A DNA stretch of 56,001 nt from a virus (Duplodnaviria > Caudoviricetes), in IMG/VR virus record IMGVR_UViG_3300043413_000021, positions 1 to 56,001 of that record. One strand, written 5' to 3'. Below are positions 1 through 8,187 of this stretch, piece after piece; the first letter of the stretch is position 1, and each line of letters begins with the position of its first letter. The notes under the pieces are model-generated. The model was not told where the DNA came from. It saw only the letters and a list, made by a program, of their open reading frames with translations, and did not search any database. Position numbers and translations under genes: made by a program.

Positions 1-1
1 A

Positions 2-688
2 GACCCAAGTGGTGAAGGTTGCGGTATGGTCGTATTAGATAACGGTTATATTACTGCTGCTTTTAATGTTAATACTGAACAATTCTATAACAAAGTAACG
101 AATTATTTGCTACATAGGTCATGTATAGTTGTTATTGAGGATATAGCACCGTATTCTTTGCGTTTAATGCCACAAGTAATAGATACTTGCAAATGGATAG
201 GAGAGGCTGTATATAGGCTTAAAAATGAGGCTGGCGCAAATGTTGAACTTGTACCACGTTCCTTAATCAAGAAGTGGGTATTTGATAGTTTCGGAGAAGT
301 ATGCATACCTATTATTGATAAGTATATTGAAAAGAAGGCTGTATTAGCTTGTGATTTAGTTACCAAAGAAGAAATAAAACTGTTTCAGGATGGTAGGGAA
401 TGGAAGAAAAGAAAGGGTAGTTTTGTATATGTAAATGACAAAGTTGTGATGGAAGCAATGAAGTATTTATACAAAATACCCCTGCCTCCGAAGGGACAAG
501 GGTATAAATTTAACTTGAAAGATGACAGTTGGCAAGCCCTTTCTTTAGCTAGTTATTTTTGGTTTAAACAACTGGTTTTGCCATCAGCTTTGCCCGTATA
601 CTATCAAATTCCTGAACAAGTTGCTTCTTTTTCTCCTTCAAAATCTTCAAATCTTGATATACAGGGTACTCTTTTTTACCATCATTAG
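2..688 (+). CDS. RuvC-like Holliday junction resolvase (5'-partial; frame is open to the window edge)
   Basis: The in-frame upstream extension reads DPSGEGCGMVVLD, resembling the RuvC 'DP(G/S)' first acidic motif. It is followed by VVIED, PRSLIKK and C-terminal DDSWQALSLA, the RNase H-fold pattern of phage RuvC. Confidence 0.6.
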   Translation, partial: DPSGEGCGMVVLDNGYITAAFNVNTEQFYNKVTNYLLHRSCIVVIEDIAPYSLRLMPQVIDTCKWIGEAVYRLKNEAGANVELVPRSLIKKWVFDSFGEVCIPIIDKYIEKKAVLACDLVTKEEIKLFQDGREWKKRKGSFVYVNDKVVMEAMKYLYKIPLPPKGQGYKFNLKDDSWQALSLASYFWFKQLVLPSALPVYYQIPEQVASFSPSKSSNLDIQGTLFYHH

Positions 689-1277
689 TAGCATGGAAAT
701 AGTTTGGGCTGAATGTAAGTACCTTATGGTTTCCTACTCTAAAATCTGGGTGGTATATTACAAAGTGATGACGTAAACTTTGACAATTATCTATTTGGTC
801 AAGGCATTGCCAATAGTATTTTGGTTCAGCTTTCTTTAAATCCATTGGCGTTTCACATTCAAATAGTTCTATGTAGTTTGCAAAACTAGGCGGGCATTTT
901 ACTTCTACCGTTTCTACTTCCCACTCTGTTTTGTCTGGGCTTTCCCTTATTGGTATAATGCCATCGGGAGTACAACCAAACCTTTCATTTGGGTCGGAAA
1001 CTAGCTGTTGAGTAACTAAAAAGTCTATACCTAATTGCTTTCCAAATTTTTGTATGGCTTCGGATTCGTGGAGCAAGCCCCATCTTGTAGCATCGGTTTC
1101 TACCTCCAAACTTGTTGGCTTACCTGTTAATTCTTCTCCAACTTTCTCCCTAACATACCTTATAAAACCACTACCAATAGCCCTATGTATTTCCGAACTG
1201 GTAAACTTAGCCAATCTTGCCCTTCTCCATTCATCTGTTTCAATTTTAATACTAAGTATTTTAGTTTTTTTTAGCAT
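564..1277 (-). CDS. YqaJ-like / lambda-exonuclease family recombination nuclease
   Basis: Motifs EWRRARLAKFTSS, WGLLHESEA, GCTPDG, VEVKCP and YYWQ of the PD-(D/E)xK lambda exonuclease family. Confidence 0.85.
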   Translation of the reverse strand: MLKKTKILSIKIETDEWRRARLAKFTSSEIHRAIGSGFIRYVREKVGEELTGKPTSLEVETDATRWGLLHESEAIQKFGKQLGIDFLVTQQLVSDPNERFGCTPDGIIPIRESPDKTEWEVETVEVKCPPSFANYIELFECETPMDLKKAEPKYYWQCLDQIDNCQSLRHHFVIYHPDFRVGNHKVLTFSPNYFHATNDGKKEYPVYQDLKILKEKKKQLVQEFDSIRAKLMAKPVV

Positions 1278-1825
1278 TAATCTTCTGTTTTTATTTCGTA
1301 AATGTTCGTTAGCATGGTAATGGTTTTTTCATCATTATCTTTTACCGCTTTGAAAAACTGTTCTAGTATCTTACTATCTGGTTTTGATTTTTTAGATTTT
1401 TTAGGCTCTATATTTGGGGTTATTTCTGCTTGACTTATCCCATCATTAAGCCCCCTACCAAAGTAAGTACCTATATCGGATGCTGCATTTTTTATGCATT
1501 CACTTTTTGCTGTTGCTAAGAAATGTTGGTTTGGAGAAATTGCAGAAATCTGAAAATTGCAAGCACCTACAAAAGACCTTCTTATCAAGACACCATTATC
1601 TTCTTTGTAGAAAATAACAAGCTCTATTGATGCCATTACAGATAATCCTGAATAGTTGTCCTTAAATACTTGGTATTGAAAATTACCCGTACTAAAATTA
1701 AACCAATCTAGCATTGATTCTAGTTCACCGATTGGGATATACCTAGCCTCACTACCTTCAATATTTCTTAGTGCGTAATTAGGTGGCTCTTGATTGATGA
1801 ATTTTAAAAATTCTGTTTTGTTCAT
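1277..1825 (-). CDS. Probable Rad52/Sak-like single-strand annealing protein
   Basis: YIPIGELESMLD and AKSECIKNAASDIGTYFGRGLN resemble phage Rad52-like annealases. Translationally coupled to the exonuclease. Confidence 0.6.
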   Translation of the reverse strand: MNKTEFLKFINQEPPNYALRNIEGSEARYIPIGELESMLDWFNFSTGNFQYQVFKDNYSGLSVMASIELVIFYKEDNGVLIRRSFVGACNFQISAISPNQHFLATAKSECIKNAASDIGTYFGRGLNDGISQAEITPNIEPKKSKKSKPDSKILEQFFKAVKDNDEKTITMLTNIYEIKTED

Positions 1826-2814
1826 TATTTGTATGATTTTTCTACATAAAATTTGATACCGTTAACTACTACTTCTTCATTATCCTTGAAAACACCCGCA
1901 TCCTTTAGGCTCATTGCTAACTTTTGAGCTTCCCTATGCTTTATTTCAATAGTTAATAGTTCTGGGCATTTTTTTATAGCTACCGAAGCATCAACTATTT
2001 CAAAAGATATTCTTTTTACGGTACTTACAGAAGGTAGTACTTCTTCCGCAACATCAACTTTAAATGAAATATCTGTTTCAAGTGCGCCTTGTTGTACGTT
2101 TACTTGATTTTGGAGTATTTCATTTTCAACTTGTTCTTTTTTTTGGGTTAGTTCATCAATTTTTGCTGCATTATTTTCGTTTTCTGCTTTTTTTATGCTA
2201 TTTTCTATGGTTTCCCTTTCCTTTATTTTATCTTTTTGCGCCTTTAATATTGGGATTAAAACAGAATCGTACTTTTCAATAGCTTCCAAATGAAATTCCA
2301 TGTATTTTGTCTTTCTACTATCGCTTTTTTCAAGGTTTATAACCCTTTCAACTGAAATTAATTGGGCATTTGTTTGGCATTGGGCTATTTGAGTGGAAAA
2401 TGAAAGTATATTGCTTTCTATACCTGATTTAATTGCATTAATTCTTTGCTTTTCTCTTTCTTTTTCTAATCTTCTTTGTTCAACTTGTTGGCAAAGGGCA
2501 TTGTACTTTGGTGTAATTTGGTTTAAAAGCCCATCATTTATAGTAAGAAATGATTTTTTTACATTATCCCATACCCTTGTGGCTTCCAAATAAGGTGCTT
2601 TCCCTTCTTTATGCTTTTCGTCTACTACTTTATTTGCTTGTTTTATCTTATTGATAAGGTCTGATATTATTGGTATATTTTCTTCTGTAAATTCAAGTGC
2701 ATTTATTTCGTCTTGAATTTTTTGAACCGATACGCCATGTTTTGTAAACTCAACATTAAATTGTGCTGTTACTACCGCCTGTGTGGGCAATTGTTGTAGG
2801 TTTTGTTCAGTCAT
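1825..2814 (-). CDS. Coiled-coil protein of the recombination operon (DUF1351/Gp157-like position)
   Basis: 329 aa, long heptad-rich helices, coupled upstream of the annealase and exonuclease. Confidence 0.5.
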   Translation of the reverse strand: MTEQNLQQLPTQAVVTAQFNVEFTKHGVSVQKIQDEINALEFTEENIPIISDLINKIKQANKVVDEKHKEGKAPYLEATRVWDNVKKSFLTINDGLLNQITPKYNALCQQVEQRRLEKEREKQRINAIKSGIESNILSFSTQIAQCQTNAQLISVERVINLEKSDSRKTKYMEFHLEAIEKYDSVLIPILKAQKDKIKERETIENSIKKAENENNAAKIDELTQKKEQVENEILQNQVNVQQGALETDISFKVDVAEEVLPSVSTVKRISFEIVDASVAIKKCPELLTIEIKHREAQKLAMSLKDAGVFKDNEEVVVNGIKFYVEKSYK

Positions 2815-2821
2815 TTGTTTA

Positions 2822-3031
2822 TTAGTTTTCTATTAATAAAATTAAAAAGTTGTTTTTTTTAATTGATGGATGTTCTATTATTTCAAAAACGGTATAGTAT
2901 TTTTCCCCTCTACTAGCATCTTGAACTATAATAGTATCCCCGCAAAAAATATCTAAATTGCTTGTAAACAAAAGGGTAAAATCACCCTTAATTAAAAGAT
3001 TTTCATTAGTGAATTTAACTAAATGTGTCAT
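2822..3031 (-). CDS. Hypothetical protein
   Basis: First ORF of the leftward operon, with an A-rich leader. Confidence 0.5.
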   Translation of the reverse strand: MTHLVKFTNENLLIKGDFTLLFTSNLDIFCGDTIIVQDASRGEKYYTVFEIIEHPSIKKNNFLILLIEN

Positions 3032-3060
3032 TGTATTTTGTTTAATGTGAATAGTTTTTT

Positions 3061-3089
3061 AAAAAAAGGCAGTAGTAGAAACTACCGCC
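3061..3089 (-). terminator. Intrinsic terminator-like hairpin (leftward)
   Basis: Minus-strand RNA GGCGGUAG-UUUCUA-CUACUGCC with one G-U pair, followed by U7. Confidence 0.6.
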
Positions 3090-3130
3090 GTCTTGCTTAA
3101 ATCCAAACGATTGCCTTATGACTGACCATA

Positions 3131-3138
3131 CAAAGTAA
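3131..3138 (-). promoter_or_regulatory. Bacteroidota -7 promoter-like element (variant TTACTTTG)
   Basis: One mismatch to TAnnTTTG. The same variant precedes the gene at 51225. Confidence 0.35.
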
Positions 3139-3249
3139 CCTAATATATTACATATTGAAAATTAAAAAAACCTTAAAATATTGAGCATAGGTATTGATAA
3201 AATTAATTATAAATACTTTAGCATCCTTAACTTTAAAAAATATAATTAT

Positions 3250-3456
3250 ATGTCAATAGAATTTTTAAACAGTGAGGGTACTGATAAAGAATTATTAGAG
3301 GGGTGGATAGAAAACCTACATTCATACCATTTAAAGCTAATGGAAGCCAATAATGGCTATTTAGAACTACAAAATAATATAGTCTTTAAAAATAGAGTAT
3401 CATCAATAGGTAAGGATATTATTGACCTACTTCAAGATATTAAAAATATCCAATAA
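3250..3456 (+). CDS. Hypothetical protein (likely start MSIEF at 3250)
   Basis: ATG after an AT-rich leader inside ORF 3181..3456; followed by a hairpin. Confidence 0.45.
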   Translation: MSIEFLNSEGTDKELLEGWIENLHSYHLKLMEANNGYLELQNNIVFKNRVSSIGKDIIDLLQDIKNIQ

Positions 3457-3480
3457 AAAAGTGAGCCATTAAGCTCACTT
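3455..3480 (-). terminator. Terminator hairpin (possibly bidirectional)
   Basis: aaaaaa-gtgagc-cattaa-gctcac-tt. Confidence 0.55.
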
Positions 3481-3529
3481 CCGAATAGGGTTACTCCATT
3501 CCATAACAAGGATAGCAACTAGCGAATTA

Positions 3530-3537
3530 CAAATATA
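3530..3537 (-). promoter_or_regulatory. Bacteroidota -7 promoter element TATATTTG
   Basis: Exact TAnnTTTG on the minus strand. Confidence 0.5.
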
Positions 3538-3549
3538 CTACTAAATTAC

Positions 3550-3581
3550 AAAAAAAACCCCCAATGTAGAAACATTAGGGG
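3550..3581 (-). terminator. Intrinsic terminator-like hairpin (leftward)
   Basis: Minus-strand RNA CCCCUAAUG-UUUCUA-CAUUGGGGG followed by U8. The loop is the same as in the 3068 hairpin. Confidence 0.6.
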
Positions 3582-3627
3582 TAAACAAAATTTGAATAAT
3601 CGAACCTATGAGGAAAACTATACGCAC

Positions 3628-3635
3628 CAAATATA
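3628..3635 (-). promoter_or_regulatory. Bacteroidota -7 promoter element TATATTTG
   Basis: Exact TAnnTTTG on the minus strand. Confidence 0.5.
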
Positions 3636-3827
3636 ATAAATAATTACGTTATTTAAAATATTTTCACCCATCCTAGTTTGTAATAACGAAAAACAACAAA
3701 TACACAATAAGAAACACGTTTAATATAGAAACAACCATCAGTATATACGGCATCCAATACCCCCAAAATATTACATACTTAATTATTTTTTTCATAATAT
3801 CATACTAAATTACTATAAAAACAAATC

Positions 3828-3835
3828 CAAAGTTA
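3828..3835 (-). promoter_or_regulatory. Bacteroidota -7 promoter element TAACTTTG
   Basis: Exact TAnnTTTG on the minus strand. Confidence 0.4.
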
Positions 3836-3836
3836 T

Positions 3837-4080
3837 CCCACCCCCAACCCCAACATTCTCCCCACCTTCCCCATCCCTAACCCCATCATCCACACCCTCA
3901 ACAAAAACCTCAACCTAAGCCTCCTCCTCATCCTCCTCCTCATCCTCATCCACAAACCTCAAACCATCATCATACTCCTCAAACCCATCCTCAAACACAT
4001 CCCCAGCCTCCACAAACACATCCTCATCCTCATCCTCAAGCCTAAGCCTCCGCATCAACCACAAACCCACCCTCAACCTC
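3837..4080. repeat. C/A-rich low-complexity tract (cctcat/cctc repeats, C3-C5 runs)
   Basis: The plus strand is almost devoid of G over about 240 bp in an AT-rich genome. Confidence 0.8.
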
Positions 4081-4094
4081 TTAGAGGAGGGCAT
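3915..4094 (-). CDS. Putative 59-aa highly acidic mini-protein (below the ORF-track cutoff)
   Basis: Hand translation: MPSSKRLRVGLWLMRRLRLEDEDEDVFVEAGDVFEDGFEEYDDGLRFVDEDEEEDEEEA*. It may be a by-product of the strand skew. Confidence 0.35.
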   Translation of the reverse strand: MPSSKRLRVGLWLMRRLRLEDEDEDVFVEAGDVFEDGFEEYDDGLRFVDEDEEEDEEEA

Positions 4095-4520
4095 ACACTA
4101 TACAGGTAGGTAGTGGCTTGGGTTTTCAAAATTGCTAACGGTGTACCCCTATTTTTTTGTTATTGATTGATTGATATTCTTGATAAGAATAATAGCTATC
4201 GGGTCCTAGGTATGTGGGGAAACTGCAATTGTATTTTTTTCATTATTTAAAAAGCAGGCGGCTGGTGGTGGTCTATTTATACTATAGCAGTTATTGGGGG
4301 ATATTAGGCTTATGGCTGGATTGTAATGGTTGTTTGACTAAGATATACTGTTAATGTTTTGTTATGGCTTATTTGGGGCTTATATTGGCTTATATTCAAT
4401 GCATTTTTTTTGGGGGGTATTGTGGGTATTGGACTTGAGCGTAATTATTTATTTGATTGGCTTGATTACTTGGTTGATTGGTTAGGTTGGTTAGATTGAT
4501 TGGTATAGAAGGGAAGGGGG

Positions 4521-4830
4521 GTAGAAAAATTAGAAAAATTAGAGTTTTGGGTATTAGAAAAATTAGAGTAATTAGAAAAATTAGAGTTTTAGGGGTTAGA
4601 ATAATTAGAATAATTAGAAAAATTAGAGTTCGGGATATTAGAAAAATTAGAAAAATTAGAAAAATTAGAGTTCGGGATATTAGAAAAATTAGAATAATTA
4701 GAAAAATTAGAGTTCGGGATATTAGAAAAATTAGAATAATTAGAAAAATTAAAATTTGAGGTGTTAGAAAAATTAGAAAAATTAGAAAAATTAAAATTTG
4801 AGGTGTTAGAAAAATTAGAATAATTAGAAT
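4521..4830 (+). repeat. Tandem array: 9-bp ATTAGAAAA/ATTAGAATA subunits in about 7 higher-order units of exactly 42 bp
   Basis: The variant spacer recurs at 4541, 4583, 4625, 4667, 4709, 4751 and 4793. Confidence 0.95.
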
Positions 4831-4862
4831 ATTGTTATATATTTGCATTCTAATTATTCTAA
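4815..4862 (+). promoter_or_regulatory. TATATTTG promoter (4838-4845) flanked by a perfect 16-bp inverted repeat of the array unit; operator-like
   Basis: ttagaataattagaat (4815-4830) and attctaattattctaa (4847-4862). Confidence 0.6.
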
Positions 4863-4873
4863 AAATTCTAATT

Positions 4874-5311
4874 ATGAAAGAGAAAATAAAAGGTATTGTA
4901 TTTGATTTTAAAAGTATTGGGTGGAGTTTTCAGCGAGTAGAAAAAGAACTAGGGTTTTCAAATGGAAGTATTGGCAAAGTTATTTTAGGTAAGTCTGGTA
5001 TATCTGAATTTAGATTTTTGCAGTTGGAAGAACTTTATAAAAAGCACTTCCCTGAAAAATTTACTATTAGTGAAGAAGTGAATAATTTGCCAGAAAATGA
5101 TGAAATTGAAAATATTGGTTTTAGAGCAGAACCCCCAAAAACGGAAATAATGAATAAGCAATGGTTTATTAATAATGCCCCAGATAGATACGAAGCACCA
5201 TATAAAATAGCAGACTTTAGAAAACTAATAAAAGAAAGCTATATCCTATCAAAAAAAGAATCCACCGAACTAATAGCAGCACTAGATAATGGACTTCTTT
5301 TTAAAGATTAA
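4874..5311 (+). CDS. XRE/Cro-like HTH DNA-binding protein (likely start MKEKI at 4874)
   Basis: WSFQRVEKELGFSNGSIGKVILGK fits an HTH_3-type pattern. Confidence 0.55.
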   Translation: MKEKIKGIVFDFKSIGWSFQRVEKELGFSNGSIGKVILGKSGISEFRFLQLEELYKKHFPEKFTISEEVNNLPENDEIENIGFRAEPPKTEIMNKQWFINNAPDRYEAPYKIADFRKLIKESYILSKKESTELIAALDNGLLFKD

Positions 5312-5389
5312 AATTACCTTAAAAATTCACATTATGTTGAAAACTACCAATAAAAATTATAATCTTTGCTTTGTTTATAAAACTAGATA

Positions 5390-5794
5390 ATGGCAGTATT
5401 AAATAAATTCAGTAATTCCATACTTGTTAATAAGTACAAGATTGCGAAGGAAACATTGGACTTGTTAGTGAATGAACTAAACAAGAGAGGCATACCAGTT
5501 GATAGTGTTAGTAATATCGTAGAAGTAAACCCTAGTGATGTATTTGCGTTACTGCCTGTTAAACGGCTAAGGAGTAGGGATAGAGATTATATGCAATCAC
5601 AGCACTTACTACGGTACATTCTATACCGTAGATGCAATATGACACTAAAAGAGATAGGCGTACAGACGGGTGGTTTTGACCATACAACTATAATAAATAG
5701 TATTAAGCGTGCGGGGCAGCTATTGGAAACAGACGATAGCTTTATATCTATGTACGAATCTGCTATCGATAAGCTAGGTAATCAAAAAAAATAA
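5390..5794 (+). CDS. Stand-alone DnaA C-terminal (domain IV) DNA-binding protein
   Basis: RSRDRDYMQSQHLLRYIL...MTLKEIGVQTGGFDHTTIINSIKR matches the DnaA domain IV signature (SLxEIG..FGGRDHTTV). Confidence 0.8.
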   Translation: MAVLNKFSNSILVNKYKIAKETLDLLVNELNKRGIPVDSVSNIVEVNPSDVFALLPVKRLRSRDRDYMQSQHLLRYILYRRCNMTLKEIGVQTGGFDHTTIINSIKRAGQLLETDDSFISMYESAIDKLGNQKK

Positions 5795-5831
5795 AAAAAT
5801 GAATCTAACAGGGGTCGCTAAAATGACCGAT

Positions 5832-5960
5832 AACGTCCCCGGCTTGCCGAAGTTGGTGAGTTCAAGGCTCAAATGCTCGGCAGCAAAATGTAAAAAAGAT
5901 GATTAGAAATATACAAACCATAGCGGATTCTACTGCACCAATTTTGGCAAACCCCATGTT
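5832..5960. repeat. attC-like hairpin A1
   Basis: AAC 5832; inner arms cttgccgaagttggtg / caccaattttggcaaa; GTT 5958. Confidence 0.8.
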
Positions 5961-6765
5961 GCCCGTTGGTGCGGTGAGTTTAAAACGCTTTATATCATTT
6001 AGCGGTGGCGTTGAAAGTACCACTATGTGTATTCTTTACGGTAAAGGTGCAACTGCTATATGGTGCGATACTGGTGCAGAACATGACGAAATGTACAAAA
6101 GAATTGATGATTGCGAAAAGGCATTAAAAGAAATTCATAAAGGCGATTTTGAATTGGTAAGATTAAAGGCTGATGTGAAAGTAAAAGGTAGTTGGGTTGA
6201 CAATTTAATTGATGCAATACTTGGATGGAAGTTTATGCCATCGCAGGGGCAAAGGTGGTGTACTGGTAAATTTAAAATCGCACCTATTGATAACTTTTTA
6301 AGTGAACAGGGCGAATGTGAGTTGCTTATTGGTTTGAACGCTGATGAAGAAACAAGGGAAGGGAATTGGGGATTAAAAGCCAATGTAAAATATGTTTATC
6401 AATTACAAGAAGATGGGCTTACCCGTGATGATTGTATTGAACTATTAAACCAATACGGGCTTAATCCTGACTTCCCGTTGTATATGAGCAGGGGTGGCTG
6501 CTTTATGTGTATTTACAAATCAATAGCAGAATATAAGGCTATGTACATTTTTGATAGAAAGACATTTGATAAAGTGTGGGCTATTGAGTTAAAAATACAA
6601 GACAAAAGGAAAAAATTATTTACCATATCTGTTAGCGGTAAGTCAATGACATGGATAGCGGCAGAGGTTGAAAGAGAGATACAAGGATGGGGTTTAGATT
6701 CGGTCAAAGGCTTTTACAAACAGATAGAACAAAAACAGGCTTGTGGTGCTTTCTGTCACAGGTAG
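5899..6765 (+). CDS. PAPS-reductase family (adenine-nucleotide alpha hydrolase) protein; cassette A1 cargo
   Basis: SFSGG PP-loop, DTGAE, RWCTGKFK, GLNADE and RGGCFMC motifs. Confidence 0.8.
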   Translation: MIRNIQTIADSTAPILANPMLPVGAVSLKRFISFSGGVESTTMCILYGKGATAIWCDTGAEHDEMYKRIDDCEKALKEIHKGDFELVRLKADVKVKGSWVDNLIDAILGWKFMPSQGQRWCTGKFKIAPIDNFLSEQGECELLIGLNADEETREGNWGLKANVKYVYQLQEDGLTRDDCIELLNQYGLNPDFPLYMSRGGCFMCIYKSIAEYKAMYIFDRKTFDKVWAIELKIQDKRKKLFTISVSGKSMTWIAAEVEREIQGWGLDSVKGFYKQIEQKQACGAFCHR

Positions 6766-6775
6766 CATGACGGGC

Positions 6776-6899
6776 AACGGTTTCGGGCTTTGCGAAGTGG
6801 CGGTTTTGAAAAATGTCAGCTTCAATATAGCACTGCTGTTCAATAGAATTACAAGGGTTCAAATTAGCACTTCACCCGCCATTTTGCAAAGCAAGTGTT
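6776..6899. repeat. attC-like hairpin A2
   Basis: AAC 6776; inner arms gctttgcgaagtggcgg / ccgccattttgcaaagc; GTT 6897. Confidence 0.8.
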
Positions 6900-6951
6900 A
6901 GCGGTTCGGGCTTCTCCGATTTTAGAAGTTCACAAATTAAATAACAAAAAA

Positions 6952-7449
6952 ATGTCAGAAACATTAACAGTAACTCGCCCGACTTGGAACGAAGAAATGC
7001 TAAAAGAACTTGCTCAAATCGTAGGTAAGCAAGTAAACGAATGGTGCAACGATGAAACACCGTTAGAAGATTGTATTGAAACAGCCGAAAAAGTGCTACA
7101 ATGGCACAGCAATGACAACGGATATGAACTTGCGAAAGAGTTTGATGATGAAGGTTTTTCACCCGATAGCGAACTGGTTGAAATTCTTGATAGTGTTTCT
7201 TATGATAGAAGTAAGGTTCAAGAAACATTTATTAAAAAATGGGTTGCTGATAATAACCTAAAACTTGAATTAGTTGAAGGTCAAAAAGTGATTGCAAAAC
7301 TTGTTCGTAAAGGCGAAGTTGAGGGTGAAATAGTAAAATTATATCCTGAAACTATGCAGTATGGTTTTTGGCACGAAGGTCAAGGATGCGAAAAAGGGGA
7401 AGGTCATACTTATGTCAATTTTGAAAACGTGGTGTCTGTCATAGCCTGA
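6952..7449 (+). CDS. Hypothetical acidic protein; cassette A2 cargo (ATG 6952, or GTG 6895 inside the attC arm)
   Basis: The ORF fills the cassette and has an A-rich leader before MSETL. Confidence 0.65.
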   Translation: MSETLTVTRPTWNEEMLKELAQIVGKQVNEWCNDETPLEDCIETAEKVLQWHSNDNGYELAKEFDDEGFSPDSELVEILDSVSYDRSKVQETFIKKWVADNNLKLELVEGQKVIAKLVRKGEVEGEIVKLYPETMQYGFWHEGQGCEKGEGHTYVNFENVVSVIA

Positions 7450-7454
7450 CCGAT

Positions 7455-7572
7455 AACGTTTTCGGGCTTGGTGAAGTAGCTAAACCCGAAGCTAAATAGA
7501 ATTACTAAGATTTAAAATTAAGAACGAATGATTGATATGATTACTAAACAGCCATTTTGCCAAACCAGTGTT
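7455..7572. repeat. attC-like hairpin A3
   Basis: AAC 7455; inner arms cttggtgaagtagct / agccattttgccaaa; GTT 7570. Confidence 0.75.
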
Positions 7573-7848
7573 AGTGGCAGTTATTATTTGGTTAGATATT
7601 GTGGTGGCTCGTATGATGACTATTATAGTGCTGTGGTTTTTGTTACCAATAAAAAATCAACTGCAACCAAATATTGCACTAAGTTTAATAAATTGCTTAA
7701 AAAATGGAAGAACCACTACAAGCAATTTGAAGCAGATAAATTTGGAATGAAATGGATTGCAGATGAACACATTGAAAAACACTTTGATAGGTGGAATAGT
7801 CTTGAAAATATAACCAAATGCTATTACGAAGAAGTGTCGTTTAGGTAA
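7528..7848 (+). CDS. Hypothetical protein; cassette A3 cargo (starts inside the hairpin loop)
   Basis: The ORF ends at the cassette's 3' arm. Confidence 0.6.
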   Translation: MIDMITKQPFCQTSVSGSYYLVRYCGGSYDDYYSAVVFVTNKKSTATKYCTKFNKLLKKWKNHYKQFEADKFGMKWIADEHIEKHFDRWNSLENITKCYYEEVSFR

Positions 7849-7856
7849 TTGCTACT

Positions 7857-7952
7857 AACGTTTTCGGGCTTGGTGTCTGTTATTTTGCCTTGCAGACACT
7901 TTAAGTTTACTACAAATTTAATAGGCAAAACAATAAGCACCAAACCGCTGTT
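7857..7952. repeat. attC-like hairpin A4 (close relative of B2)
   Basis: AAC 7857; inner arms cttggtgtctgttattttgcct / aggcaaaacaataagcaccaaa; GTT 7950. Confidence 0.85.
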
Positions 7953-7980
7953 AGTGGCTGGTGCGGTAAATTGAACTAAA

Positions 7981-8187
7981 ATGAGTAAAAAATTAAAAGC
8001 ATTAGCCTTAAGTTTTTTAGGCTGTATTATTTGGAGCGGACTTGTTTATATAGCAATAGCATTTTTGAAATCAGAATTAAACCCATTTATTTGGTCGCAA
8101 TTCACAAGAGGTGTAATGTTGTTTGTAATATCTTGCTATGTAGCATTTATTCCAGCAATAGTATTTGCTTTGAAAAACGAAATGTAG
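7981..8187 (+). CDS. Small two-TM membrane protein; cassette A4 cargo
   Basis: Two hydrophobic stretches in 68 aa. Confidence 0.6.
   Translation: MSKKLKALALSFLGCIIWSGLVYIAIAFLKSELNPFIWSQFTRGVMLFVISCYVAFIPAIVFALKNEM

Noticed and set aside
3886-3954. TCATCCACA twice as DnaA boxes
   Set aside because: Each has one mismatch and lies in a C/A low-complexity tract where such matches are expected by chance.
4521-4830. CRISPR array
   Set aside because: There are no unique spacers; it is a pure tandem repeat, and no cas genes are present.
4396-4848. ORFs 4396..4848 (-) and 4478..4759 (+) with IRK/LIF repeats
   Set aside because: These are translations of the 9/42-bp tandem array, with no independent sign of coding.
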